Origin: Octopus sinensis | Lineage: Eukaryota | DNA length: 64,000 bases | Assembly (NCBI RefSeq): GCF_006345805.1 | Contig: NC_043014.1 | Location: forward strand, 1,550,001-1,614,000 | Direction of reading: 5' to 3' | In this document: in pieces, positions 40,025 to 52,720 of the stretch | Layout of the letters: each line of letters begins with the position of its first letter | Numbering within the stretch: the first letter of the stretch is position 1 | Position numbers and translations under genes: made by a program | Notes under the pieces: generated by a model | What the model was told of the DNA's origin: nothing | The model's input: the letters and a program-made list of their open reading frames with translations, nothing else | The model's database searches: none

Positions 40025-40947
40025 TGCACACACTCATTCACTCACAAACAATTACATAAGATACATACAAATATATGTGTATATGTATATGTGTATATAT
40101 ATATATGTGTGTATATATATATAATATATGTATATATATATATATATAATATATATATACACACACATACATACACATGTATATTTGAATACATTTATAC
40201 ACACATAATTCCGTATAGATATATATAATTAGTGTGTATATACATTAACAGTTATGATAATAATGAAGAAAAATACACAGACACAGACACAGGGTCAAAA
40301 ATTTAGAAGGGAGAGGTGATTAAATGGACAAAGCATACAATAAAAATAACAACAACAATAGTAATAATAAAAATAGCAACGGTAATAATAATACTAATAA
40401 TGATTTCAAATTTTGGCATACACCTGGAAATTTGGAAGCGATGGGGTAAATTGATTGGATTTCCCCCAATACACGACTGGTACTTTATTTTAGCAACCTG
40501 AAAGGATGGAAAGCAAAAAGTGACCTTCACTGGGTCTGGACCCACAAAGGAAAAAACTGGAAGAAATGTCACAAAGAATTTTGTCCAATAAACTAACAAT
40601 TTTACCAATTTTCACTACATTGATTACAATGAAAATAACGACAATAATAATAATAATAATAATAATAATGATGATGATGATAATGATAATTATGATAATA
40701 ATATCATTATTAATGATGATGACGCACTAAAATTAGGTATGCTGGGAGATAACGAGGTAAATAAATGTTCTTTTACTTACTTACACAGCATATATATATA
40801 TATACACACATACACGCACTCATATATATATGTGCACACAGACATGGAGTATATTGTCATTTGAACACACAACTTTCTTGTTATAAAAATTGCTCAAGCT
40901 TCACATTACAATTGCACCCACCACACTTTGCTTCATTTATGTTTGCT

Positions 40948-40978
<31 letters not shown>

Positions 40979-43474
40979 TGCATGTATTTATATCAATGTA
41001 AAAATGTTACATGAAACGCTACTACTAATACGGTTCTAATATATATGTCACACATTTTGATTCTTATGTAAATATTTTCATTTAAATATATTATGCTAAA
41101 TGCTTTTATTTCATGTTTATCTGTTCATGTACAACATAAGATATATAACTGAAATAAAACACGTGTGTATGTATACATACAGATGAGAGGACCGATGAAA
41201 GGGAGTTGCATGCAACACATTTAATAGAATTTACCATTTAAGAAGAGTTTAACTTAGTTCCATGCAACGTAGAGTTTCACAGACTCAAAAAAAGAATCTA
41301 TTTCATTCGGCTCCTATTATATATAGAGGCACATTTGTCATCCAAACTTTATCTGCCCATCACTACAGAACACTGAAGAGATGGAGATGGCATGGAAGAT
41401 TTCCTTGCCTCTTGGTAGAAACGACCATAAGGAACTAGTACCTTGTGACAATCTTATCTTTTGCTCTTTTCTGTAATATTAGTACAGGTGTATGTAATAC
41501 ATGGTTATTAAATGTGTATGTATTCTTCTAATACATTGGAATAAATAGACATACTAGAATGTCTACCGGCTGACTGATGTATGTTGTTTTGCATCCTCTC
41601 CATTTACTTATTTGCCGTGTGTGTATATATATATATATATATACATATATTTTTAATAATATATTATTATTATTAATATAAGGAAATTAATATCCAAACT
41701 CATTATAAAGATATACCTGTGTGAAAATACTTATTGTATTAAAAATATATATAAAATAAATAAATATAAATATATATAAAAATATATGTAAATATGTATA
41801 AATATAATGCATAAATAAATTTGATAGTTTGAAAGTTTTGAATTAATAATTTAAAACATCTTACGATCGTTTCACAGAAGAGTTGTCCCTATAATGGAAT
41901 CCTATATTGATAAGCATTTATATACAACTCTTCTGCTCTTCAGAGATATAAAATATGAATATTGTATAATATAATATAATGATAGTTTTTTTTTAAATTT
42001 GAAGTAAAACTGTAAAATGGTGTTTGTTTGAAATATAAATTTAAAATTACTACTTTTGATGAGTATTTTTTTTTTTTTGAAAGTGTGTGTGTGTGTGTTT
42101 CTGTTTTGCTCTTCATATTTTCTCATTTTTTTTTATTATCAGAAACAGTTGTTTTATTATTTTTATATATTTTTCTCTTCTCCACAGACAAGGTATGTGA
42201 GACGTGTCTATTAAAAGACGTTGGAAGGACAAGCAAGAACAACAACGAAATAAAAAGACAACAGATTTGATAAAGAAATACCCCTTAACCCACTTTCAAA
42301 AGAAATGAAAAAGAAAAAAAACACAATATTAATTTTAATTAAATTTTATTTAATTTAAAAACAAATTTTAATAACTGAACTCTTGGAACTATGGTAAACT
42401 CCACCCACCCCACTGGATTGTAATTCTTATAATTTCTATTAATTCTGCCGTAGCAATGATAGCAAATGAACACACACGCATACACCAACATAAACACACA
42501 CAAATATTAGCTTGCCTCCTGCCTGCAAGTAAATCGGTGACCTTTGCCACCACGTGTCCGCCTGACTTTTCGTGCCACATTTCGTATCCTGTCTCTCTTA
42601 TTTCTGATCTGGTTTTCTGACCTGCTTCCTCTTTAATTAATGGTTAATTAACTGATTAAAAATAATGATAATAACAATAATAATAATAAAGAACTTTTTG
42701 AAAACTATAAATAAATCTCTGTTTCTACTAATATACATATATACACAATCACATACAGGTTGAACACATATATATATTATATATATATATATATATATAT
42801 TTGTACAGGTATTGAAGTATGTATATACAATATACAGATAAGTGTGTGTATACAAATAAATAAATAAATATATATATATATATAGAAACACACGCACATT
42901 TTCATATATATATATGTATATATATACACACACACACACTTATATAAAGGCATTGATATACGGGAAATAAGTATAAATTCTATAAGATCAACATTTAATG
43001 TGTTGATTGGCGATTTTTTGAATTAGGTGTGGTTGCAGATGCAGTGGCTTTCTGCTGTTCTCTTCTGAATGGAAGAATAACAAGATTCCAGCTCAAAAAA
43101 CCTTTTTTCTCAAAAGACTTCTGTGAACTTTGAGCACAACAACCATGGAACCATGGAACTTTTACTTGAAATATATAAACATAGACACATCCATATATAT
43201 ATATATATATATATAGATATATAGATATATATGTGTATATATATATATATATGTATGAATGTATGAATGTATGTACTCTCTATCACACTTGTGTGGCATA
43301 AATATTGAGAGATGATCGTGTATTTATAAAAATATACATATATATTTATATACATACATATTGATACACATACATACATACAAGACCATGTTTTGTTTAT
43401 ACACATATACATCTACATTATATACATGTGTATATATATATATGTGTGTGTGTATGTACATGTGTATACAATGA

Positions 43475-43506
<32 letters not shown>

Positions 43507-43507
43507 G

Positions 43508-43547
<40 letters not shown>

Positions 43548-44320
43548 GCAGTGAGTCTTTTTTCTTTTCTCCTCTTTTGCACAATGAATGTGGCTACATG
43601 TTTACTTGACTCTTTCCTTCTTTCTTTTTCTTTCTTTCTTTAACTTATTCATTTTTTGTAATTCAAACAATTTTCTCTGAAATGAAGTTTTTACAATTTC
43701 AAATATTTTTCTTCTGACGATTTTTTTTTTTTTTTCCAAATTTTCTTTCGATTTTTATTTTCTATTTTTGTTTTATGAAAAATCAATTGAATTGATTTCA
43801 CTTATATTTTGTTGTCTTTGATGTTAATTGCAAGTAATTTTCGACTTTATTCTTATTTACCAAATCTGCGTTTGCTGGGAAAAAAACAAAGATGGTGAAA
43901 TAAGAATGACCACCCTCCATTCACTGACACCAAGTTTTTAGTTTTGAAACACGAATAAAAATAAAAAGAGGATGGCACATAAACAAATACACACAAATAT
44001 GCAAAATACATTTCTATACAATCCTTCTGCCTGAAATCTACATAAATACACACACAAACGCACACGCTTATAGAAATACACATATGTATAGAATATATGT
44101 ATCTACACACACACACATACATATGCATAGTGCACCACACCTAGGTTCCTTTCTAATTATTTTGAGGTAAATGTTATTACGTAATTATCAAACATTATCA
44201 TCAGTAAATACATACGCAGAAATTTGCAGACAGCACATGCATGCATGCATGCACAGTTGCAGATAGTACACACAAACTGAAAATGCACATTTAAGTGTGT
44301 ACACATTTGTGTGTGTATGC

Positions 44321-44353
<33 letters not shown>

Positions 44354-44597
44354 CACATATATGTATATATACACATATACATACACATAACTGGGAGAAA
44401 AGAATACTCAATACATGATGTAGAGTATATGAATTTTATTTATTGTTTTTTTTTAAAGCTGAATAAAACTGCAGTAGTTACTGAGGCACTTGAGTTTTGT
44501 GTTGAACAGTTGATAAACAGAAAACTCTACTGTTTAATAACAAATGAAGTTTTTTTTAGCTACAATTTTATATATATATATCTATACAATACATATG

Positions 44598-44649
<52 letters not shown>

Positions 44650-44883
44650 CACACACACTCATGGAATGCACCCAGGAGGATATCAAGAAGCATCCAATGT
44701 ACACGTGATCTTCATTCATGTAATAATACTTAAAACGGTAATGTAGATCTGATCCCATCAATCAAAGATGTTTACCTTTATAAAAATGATAATAATAATA
44801 ATAGTAATAATAAGGATGATAGTTATTACATTTATAAACCATCATCATCGTCGTCATTTTAACATCTATTTTTCCTTGCTTAG

Positions 44884-44956
44884 GAAATTCTTCAAGGCAG
44901 ATTTTCCGCAGTGTCGTGCTCTTCCTGTTGTTAACCCTCGATGGTTCCTTAGCAAG
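44884..44956 (+). CDS. Orphan exon candidate (73 nt), gene assignment unknown
   Basis: TATTTTTCCTTGCTTAG| and AAG|GTAATA; open as KFFKADFPQCRALPVVNPRWFLSK (phase 2-0) or NSSRQIFRSVVLFLLLTLDGSLA (phase 1-2). Confidence 0.35.
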
Positions 44957-45737
44957 GTAATATGTTCTCCTGGTGATGCAAATAATAAACTGCCCAGAGG
45001 CTGGGTCATGTTTCTGGAGATGATTGCAAACAAATGACACACTATGTATGGTTGTGATGTTTGCTTGCAATTGGTGGTGTGTGATACCTAGACAAGGAGA
45101 CATGCACACACATACATGTGCGCACATAAGTACGTGTATATATATATATATATATATATGCAACGCACACAGATTTCTCGTCAGATTCTATCAAATAATA
45201 CTCACATAGCAATAAGAAGAAGAGTCACAATAATGATAATAATAATAATAACAATGGTTACTAGTTGAGGCCCATGGCCAGAGAGTTCAAAGAGAGGAGG
45301 CTGGTTGATACAATCATGCATCACTGGTGCTTTACTTTTATCGCCCCAGGAAGGGTGAGGAACAAACTTGACCTCAACAGAAGTCCAGCTTTACCTTTTA
45401 ATAATAATGATGATGATGATGATGATGATGATGACGATGATGATGATGGCGTGATAAGGGCTCAACAAAAGCAGGAATAGGAATTAGTGTAAATGCCAGA
45501 CTGATTTCTTGGTTTGTTTTTAGTGAATTTTTTTTTTTGAGAATGTTTTTTTGTTCCAAATTAATTTTTGTATAATTATTGCCATTAAAATATAAATAAA
45601 TAAGACAATGACTGAACCAAGAGGTGTATTATTGTCATTTTCAGTGTGAAAGAGTTCAAGGAGTTCATAGGGATATCCAGTTGGGGTCACAATAATTCCA
45701 TCCCCTTTCACAGCACCGTGACCCTTCGAGGCATTTA

Positions 45738-46544
45738 TTGTGTTGAGTCAAAAGTTTTGCAATATTTGGGTAATTTATCTGCTTCGTTTGTCAAGTTACA
45801 ACAAAAACAACCAAACATTCAGAGCAGAGGACATCATGTTGCACCATCTGAAGCCACCTTTCCGACAGTTCTTTGACCTCAATTTTTGGCCCTTTCAGAC
45901 AAAAGAACTCCTTCGCTAAAGCTCCCATCTAAGCTATGGATTAGAACAAGAATGTGAGGGGGTTCAGTCCAGACCAAAAGAAGCTGGATGAGGCATCAGT
46001 TGTTCAATTTCCTGGAGTTTATTCTGGGTTGTTTGAGCAGTAAGAGATCTTGCATTGCCTGGGTGCAGCAAAGCTCCCTTTCTGTTAACCAATGCTGGGT
46101 TTTATGATGCACAATAGCATACATCTGCTCCAGCTGGTCAGAGTACAGATTGGCATTGAGGGTTCAACCATCTGGAATGAACTCATAATGAATTATCCCC
46201 TCATCAGACACAGAACATCACTGTATTCGAAACGCCCATATTTGCTGGTTCCAAAAGCTGGCCCTTCCTTAACCACTGCCCCTATGCACATTAGGATGGC
46301 AGAAGAATATCTCCTTTGGGATTATCACTTGTTCCAATTCATGGCCCACTTCCTGCATTTGCAACCCTTTTTGAACAAAAAAGGAGGTAAAAGCTTCAGT
46401 GAAGGAGTTTTTCTCCTGGAAGGACAAGAAACTGGTATCAGCAATGAGATCAAAGAACTAACAGAAAGGTGGCTTCAGATGGTGCAACACAATAGCCTCT
46501 ACTTTGAATGTTTGGTTGTTTGCAAAACTTTTCACTCAACACAA
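45738..46544. mobile_element. Mariner-derived non-autonomous element with two 3' ends
   Basis: TA|TTGTGTTGAGTCAAAAGTTTTGCAA ... TTGCAAAACTTTTCACTCAACACAA|TA. Minus strand encodes degenerate IIHYEFIPDG*TLNANLYSDQLEQMY..LVNRKGALLHPGNAR; plus strand encodes DYHLFQFMAHFL..IKELTERWLQMVQHNSLYFEC. Confidence 0.85.
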
Positions 46545-46659
46545 TATCAGACAGACACACGTCACCTTTTGTAGTCTTCTTTAAACTACAACTTAAATGC
46601 ATTTCATTATTGCTAAGCCAGGGATCTGCTTCTCCATTAGATTTTATAAATCCTCGGCT

Positions 46660-46912
46660 TCCGTGCCGGTGGTACGTAAAAAGCACCATCCGATCGTGGC
46701 CGTTTGCCAGCCTCGTCTGGCACCTGTGCCGGTGGCACATAAAAAGCACCCACTACACTCTTGGAGTGGTTGGCGTTAGGAAGGGCATCCAGCTGTAGAA
46801 ACACTGCCAGATCAGACTGGGTCTGGTGCAGCCTTCTGGCTTCCCAGACCCCAGTTAAACCGTCCAACCCATGCTAGCATGGAAAGCGGACGTTAAACGA
46901 TGATGATGATGA
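46660..46912 (+). mobile_element. RTE-LINE 3' tail / derived short element (family D)
   Basis: GCACCCACTACACTC..GAGTGGTTGGCGTTAGGAAGGGCATCCAGCTGTAGAAAC...CCGTCCAACCCATGCTAGCATGG..GGACGTTAAACGATGATGATG. Confidence 0.8.
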
Positions 46913-47449
46913 TATATGGCAATAACATCAAAGTGGTTGAGTGGCGTTCATCCTCTACTAGGGAATGGAAGTCTCTAAAATATAACATCTGACTGATATG
47001 GCCTTGTTGTTCAGCAAAATAGCAGGGGTCAGAAAACTCGACCCTGTTTTGACCAATTATTACAGACATAGGTAGAATGTGTCTGTAAATCTCTTAATTC
47101 TTGCGTTCATGCTATGTTCTGAACACTTCTGAGATACATGTCATGAAAGGGATCCTGTAGTTCTTTCTTCGTAGTCCAGGTATTGACTCCTTGGAGAGGA
47201 ATGTTCTCTACACATGCCTTCAGGAAAGCCAGCCTTGTTGACCTTTAAACTGCATCAATCGCTAAGGGTCCTTTGATCTTGTTGTTGTTTAACACTAGGT
47301 TAGCCCCGATTCCCTGATCAAGCAACTAGGATCAGAGGTTTTCTGTATTGGTATTGCTGTGAAAATTGTTGAATGAATAATGAGAAATTTGAATTTGAGA
47401 AACTTGATTGCTGGATGCTGAAAATTCTTCTCTAGTTTTAGGTAATCAT

Positions 47450-47850
47450 CATCATCATTGTTCGACCATGGTCGAGACAATGGAATTTACCATGCTACGC
47501 CAGACTTCACGGTCCATCATAGCATTACGGAGGTCCTGTTGCTGGATGCCTGTATCCCTGGAGATTACATCAGGGTAGGAGAGTGTGCGCCCTCTGGTAT
47601 TGCGAGTAGATGGCTTCCAGAGGAAGCAAACTGGACTCTTCTACCTTTCACAAGAGATGACACAGGTGGTAGTTTCCCATATATTTGCATTTTGGTTGGA
47701 TGGCGCTTCCACGAGAGATTTTGAGCTCTCATAAGGAGGCGAGTGTAGGTTCCATCCAACCGCCTCTCAAGCTTCTTTGATAACGTCCAGGTTTCTGAGC
47801 CATATAGTAGAATTGGTTCGACTGTGGCTTTGAATATTTCCTCAATAAGT
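47450..47850 (-). mobile_element. RTE-clade LINE 3' fragment
   Basis: Translates EIFKATVEPILLYGSETWTLSKKLERRLDGTYTRLLMRAQNLSWKRHPT, containing the RTE LLYGSETW motif C-terminal to the RT domain. Confidence 0.9.
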
Positions 47851-48679
47851 CCCCACAGCTCTCTATCTCGTTAGATCTCTAATGATCAACCACTGTTCTT
47901 GGTATTGTGACACAGCAAAAACTACATCCCAATCATAGCCTTGTGTGTTCAGAGTCAAAATAATATTTCAAGCTTGAGTAGATGTTGATCCTCTGCAAAG
48001 CTCAAAGGGAGTCCAGCAGCTGAATACAACCCATGCCCACCACACCTGAATGGATGCTGTTATTCATCAGCCTGAATAACAAGTACTTTCTGACCATCAA
48101 CACATTCCAAAGACAGGATGTCTCTTCACGTTCTTTTACAGCAATTATGGTTTCTTCAGCCACCTCCACTAATCAGAACAAACACAGCAAAATATCTGAT
48201 CTAATGCTCTACCAATTCTCTCAGTCTACTGCCCCAGGGTGGTAGTTTATTTATTGACCATGAAAGGATGAAAAGCAAAACTGAGCTTAGTGGGAATTGA
48301 ACTCAAAATGCTAAGCCTTATATACCTGATGTTCTACTGACTCAACTAATTTGGTGCAGAATTAGCTACAACTGTCTTCTTGAGAGAAAATCACAAATAA
48401 AGAAAGCCAACCATGGTTGGATTCCATGTGGCCAAATAAGAGAAGGGATGGCTATGGTTGGAACATTATTGATTATAGGTTTGCTAGATCAGTTTTGATT
48501 TGGGGCTAAATAACTACAACCACTTGCACTACTATATGATACATTAAATGATGTAGTCTAAGGTATACCCTGCCTGTTCTAAAGACAGGATAATCAGAAT
48601 ATTCCATTAAAGGGTTCTGAAAGCAGGAAAATGTTATTCTGAGGGAAGAAAAATAAATTTATGAATACTTATAATAATG

Positions 48680-49068
48680 AGGCGCAGGAGTGGCTGTGTG
48701 GTAAGTAGCTTGCTAACCAACCACATGGTTCCTGGCTCAGTCCCACAGCGTGGCATCTTGGGCAAGTGTCTTCTACTATAGCCCCGGGCCGACCAATGCC
48801 TTGTGCATGGATTTGGTAGACGGAAACTGAAAGAAGCCCGTCGTATATATGTATATATATATATATGTGTGTTTGTCTCCCTAGCATTGCTTGACAACCG
48901 ATGCTGGCGTGTTTATGTCCCCGTCACTTAGCGGTTCGGCAAAAGAGACCGATAGAATAAGTACTGGGCTTACAAAGAATAAGTCCTTGGGTGTAGTTGC
49001 TCGACTAAAGGCGGTGCTCCAGCATGGCCGCAGTCAAATGACTGAAACAAGTAAAAGAGTAAAAGAGA
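48680..49068 (+). mobile_element. Full-length family C SINE
   Basis: AGGCGCAGGAGTGGCTGTGTGGTAAG head to GACTGAAACAAGTAAAAGAGTAAAAGAG tail. Confidence 0.9.
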
Positions 49069-49149
49069 ATGATAATCATTTCTTATTTTGGCAAAAAGTC
49101 AGCAATTTTGAGGGGAGGGTGAAGTCAATTAAATTGACCCCAATATAGC

Positions 49150-49365
49150 AGCCAGCCTCCCCTGTCACCTGTGCTGGTGGCACATAAAAAGCACCCACTA
49201 CACTCACGGAGTGGTTGGCATTAGGAAGGGCATCCAGCTGTAGAAACTCTGCCAGATCAGACTGGGCCTGGTGCAGCCTCCTGGCTTCCCAGACCTGGTT
49301 GAACCGTCCAACCCATGCTAGCATGGAAAGCGGATGTTAAATGATGATGATGATGATGACGATGA
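49150..49365 (+). mobile_element. Family D element; another at 49785-49968
   Basis: Same core and (GAT)n tail as the 46660 copy. Confidence 0.8.
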
Positions 49366-49974
49366 CATTACTGGTACTTATTTTATCAATCTTGAAAGGA
49401 TGAAAACCAAAGTTGATCTTGGCAGAATTTGAACTCAGAACGTAAAGATGGATGATATGCCAGTGAGCATTTTGTGTGGCATGTTAACGGTTCTGCCAAC
49501 AAGCAGTCTTTATTATAGTAATGAAGATGATGATGATGATGGTTGCTTCTGTCGATTTTCAGCAGATGAGTGTTTGAAGGAAAGGATTTAAAAAAAAAAA
49601 AAAGGAAAAAAGAAAGAAAAAAACACTAAAAGAAGCTTCATCTATTTGTGATGAATGTGTGAATGGATTTTGCACTGGGGACATTCGTGATTTCCATTTT
49701 GCTTGGAATCGGGCAAATGGTCCTGTTGGTTGCAGGATAGAATTCTTTTATTGTTCTGTTTCTTCTACTCAGATTATTTTGACGCACCCACTACACTCAC
49801 AGTGTGGTTGGCGTTAGGAAGGGCATCCAGCTGTAGAAACGTTACCAGATAAGACTGGAGCCTGGTACAGCCTTCTGGCTTCCCAGATCCCCGGTCGAGC
49901 CGTCCAACCCATGCGAGCATGGAGAACGGACGTTAAACGATGATGATGATGATGATGATGATGATGATCGTGAC

Positions 49975-50295
49975 ACATTTTATGCCATGCAGATCAATCT
50001 AGGCAACGACTCTCCCAAGATGTCAGGTTAAGCTGTTGAGATTTTAGGGATTGCTTCAACTTATCCTTATACCAAAGGAGGGGTCTTCCTTTACCACAGT
50101 ATCCTTCTACTTGTTGGCCATACAAAAGAATTTTGGAATTCAAACAACACATCCTACCCATCTGTACTGGATTCTCATCAGCATGCTTTGGATACTGGAG
50201 ATATCACATTCTTCTAAGATTTTGACATTTGATATCTCATCTTGCCATTTTATGTTGCAGATATTGCGCAGACAAGTTTCTTTATATGTCTATAA
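49975..50295 (-). mobile_element. RTE-clade (BovB-like) LINE 3' fragment
   Basis: Translates CLRNICNIKWQDEISNVKILEECDISSIQSMLMRIQYRWVG..LLYG..GKGRPLLWYKDKLKQSLK..SWESRCLD*SAW with frameshifts and stops. Confidence 0.85.
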
Positions 50296-50309
50296 TAGGG
50301 AGTCCATGC

Positions 50310-50700
50310 TTCTACACCAGTGGAGTGGAAGCACTCCGTCGGTTACGACGATGAGGGTTCCAGTTGATCCGATCAACGGAACAGCCTGCTCATGAAATTA
50401 ACGTGTAAGTGGCTGAGCACTCCACAGACACGTGTACCCATAACGTGGTTCTCGGGGATATTCAGCATGACACAGAGAGTGACAAGGCTGGCCCCTTGAA
50501 ATACAGGTACAACAGAAACAGGAAGTAAGAGTGAGAGAAAGTTGTGGTGAAAGAGTACAGCAGGGATCACCACCATCCCCTGCCGGAGCCTCGTGAAGCT
50601 TAGGTGATTTCGCTCAATAAACACTCACAATGCCTGGTCTGGGAATCGAAATCGCGATCCTATGACCGCGAGTCCGCTGCCCTAACCACTGGGCCATACC
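50310..50700 (-). mobile_element. Family A SINE; second minus copy at 50975-51275
   Basis: Reverse complement of the 25126 element (CCGTCGGTTACGACGATGAGGGTTCCAGTTGATCCGATCAACGGAACAG). Confidence 0.85.
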
Positions 50701-51450
50701 ATACAAATAAAAATAATAATAATAATAATAATAATGATAATGCTTTCTTTATTAAACATAATAATAATAACAAACATCATAGATTTTAACATAGGCACAA
50801 AGCCTGGAATTTGGGAGGGGTACAGTGAATTAAGTTACTTCCCCAGTATCTCACTGGTATTTTGTTTTAACATTGGGAGGATAAAAGGCACTGCTGACCC
50901 AGGCTGCATCTGAACCCAAGTATTAACATAGGTATATATAGATATTATAGACACTCTCTAAAATATATATATATATATCACGTGAACACGTGACTGACCA
51001 GACCATCAGATGTTGCCTCACATCGCTGGTCACAATGCGTTCGCATTGTTTTAGCCTTCGAATGACGCCACCCCGCTGGCTAAGCGAGCAGGCCAACAGA
51101 ACAAAGAGAGAAAGAGTGGTGAAAGAGTACAGCAGGGATGACCACCCCCTGCCGGAGGCTTGTGGAGCTTTTAGGTGTTTTCGCTCAATAAACACACACA
51201 ACGCCCGGTCTGGGAATCGAAACCGCGATCCTACGATTCCGAGTCCGCTGCCCTAACCACTGGGCCATTGCGCCTCCACACACACAACACACACACACAC
51301 ACACAAACAAACATAATTATTTATATAACAATGAAAACTGCACAGTATATTTACATGGTGACTTGGTAAGCTATTTAGTAATTTATACAGTGACTCAGTA
51401 ATTTAGACGGTCACCTCTATTTAGCTGGTCACCTGCATTTACAAAGAGAT

Positions 51451-51558
51451 TCAGTAGTTTTTCCTCAGCTGTCTATTTTCCAGTTTCAGCTGTTGGTTTT
51501 CAGCAATCAGATCTCTGACAAAAGCCATATGTTGCTGGAGTCCATTAGAAATCTCGAC
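51451..51558 (-). CDS. NEDD1: NEDD1 terminal exon (VEISNGLQQHMAFVRDLIAENQQLKLENRQLRKNY*)
   Basis: TTCTTTCCTGTTCTTTCAG| acceptor, phase 0; coiled-coil end resembling the vertebrate NEDD1 C-terminus (..LVAEIERLREENKRLRAHF*, from recall). Confidence 0.9.
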   Translation of the reverse strand, partial: VEISNGLQQHMAFVRDLIAENQQLKLENRQLRKNY

Positions 51559-52494
51559 CTGAAAGAACAGGAAAGAATAAAAGAAACAATCAATCATTTT
51601 AATAGGTGTCATGAGGTGGTGGATGGAAGAGATAAGTTATTCCAACTGGAACAGAGAGAGAAGTGCTAGAGTGATATATATATATATCAATCCTGCACAG
51701 GGGAAGAGATGCTTCATTTAGTACCTAAGAATAGAAGTGGTTTACATAAGGGTTTATTATCTGCTACCAGTACCTTACTAATATACCATCCATGGTACCA
51801 TACCAAGGCTTCCTCAGTAACTTCACCAAAAGGCCATCCATAAGACCTGATACTTTCAAACTTTCCCCAGTGCCTATGAGGTACATGTACCTCATTGATA
51901 TGGCCATCCGTAGTATCGATACATTCTTCAATGAATATGATGTAGCAGTACCGCACCAATAAGGTCATCCATAGTTCTGATACTTTCCAACTTTCAAAAG
52001 TGTTTATGAAGTACAGGTACCTCACCAATATGGCCATCCAGGATACCTGCTATCTCTAAGTCTATTAGGAACCTCATCAATGTGGCAATATTCAGAAGCA
52101 ATACCTTCTCCAGTGCCAACACCAAACTCTCAGAATATTCCATTAAAGGTTTATAAAAGTAGCTAAGATGTTATTTAGAGGTAAGAAAAAGAATTCATCT
52201 ATGAATAATAATAATAATAATAATGATAATAATGATAATAATAATAATAATAATGCTTTCTTATTTTGGTGCAAGGCCAGCAAATTTTGAGGGAGGGGAA
52301 CGTTTACATTGACCTCACTGCTTGACTGGTTTGTTATTCTATCAACCGTCAAAAGGATGAAACACCAAGTTGACTTTGGTGGGATTTGAACTCAGGAAAC
52401 GAAGAGAGAAAGAAGAAATGCTGCTAAGCATTTTGGGTGACACCCAAACGATTCTGGCAATCCACCACACCCAGTAATAATAATAATAATAATA

Positions 52495-52720
52495 ATTTCT
52501 TTACTACCCACAAGGGGTTAAACATAGAGGGGACAAACAAGGACAGACAAAGAGATTAAGTCGATTACATCGACTCCCCAGTGCAAAACTCGTACTTTAT
52601 TTATCGACCCTGAAAGGATGAAAGGCAAAGTCGACCTCGGCCGAATTTGAACTCGGAACGTAACAGCAGACGAAATACGGCTTCGCATTTCGCCTGGTGT
52701 GCTAACGTTTCTGCCAGCTC
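52495..52720 (-). mobile_element. SINE (family B, long tail); neighbours at about 52250, 52785, 53395, 53565
   Basis: CCCACAAGGGGTTAAACATAGAGGGGACAAACAAGGACAGACAAA..AGTCGATTACATCGAC..CTGCCAGCTCG. Confidence 0.85.

Noticed and set aside
43861-43874. 14-nt minus-strand microexon signal
   Set aside because: No minus-strand exon chain could be built; such signals arise readily in T-rich DNA.
45645-45769. Longer exon VKEFKEFIGISSWGH...VLQYL
   Set aside because: Its 3' part and donor lie inside the mariner element starting at 45738.
46092-46574. 160-aa plus-strand ORF
   Set aside because: Chimera of antisense mariner sequence and the sense mariner C-terminus.
51714-52037. 107-aa minus ORF in NEDD1's last intron
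   Set aside because: Degenerate tandem repeat of about 131 bp; no fitting splice sites or phase.
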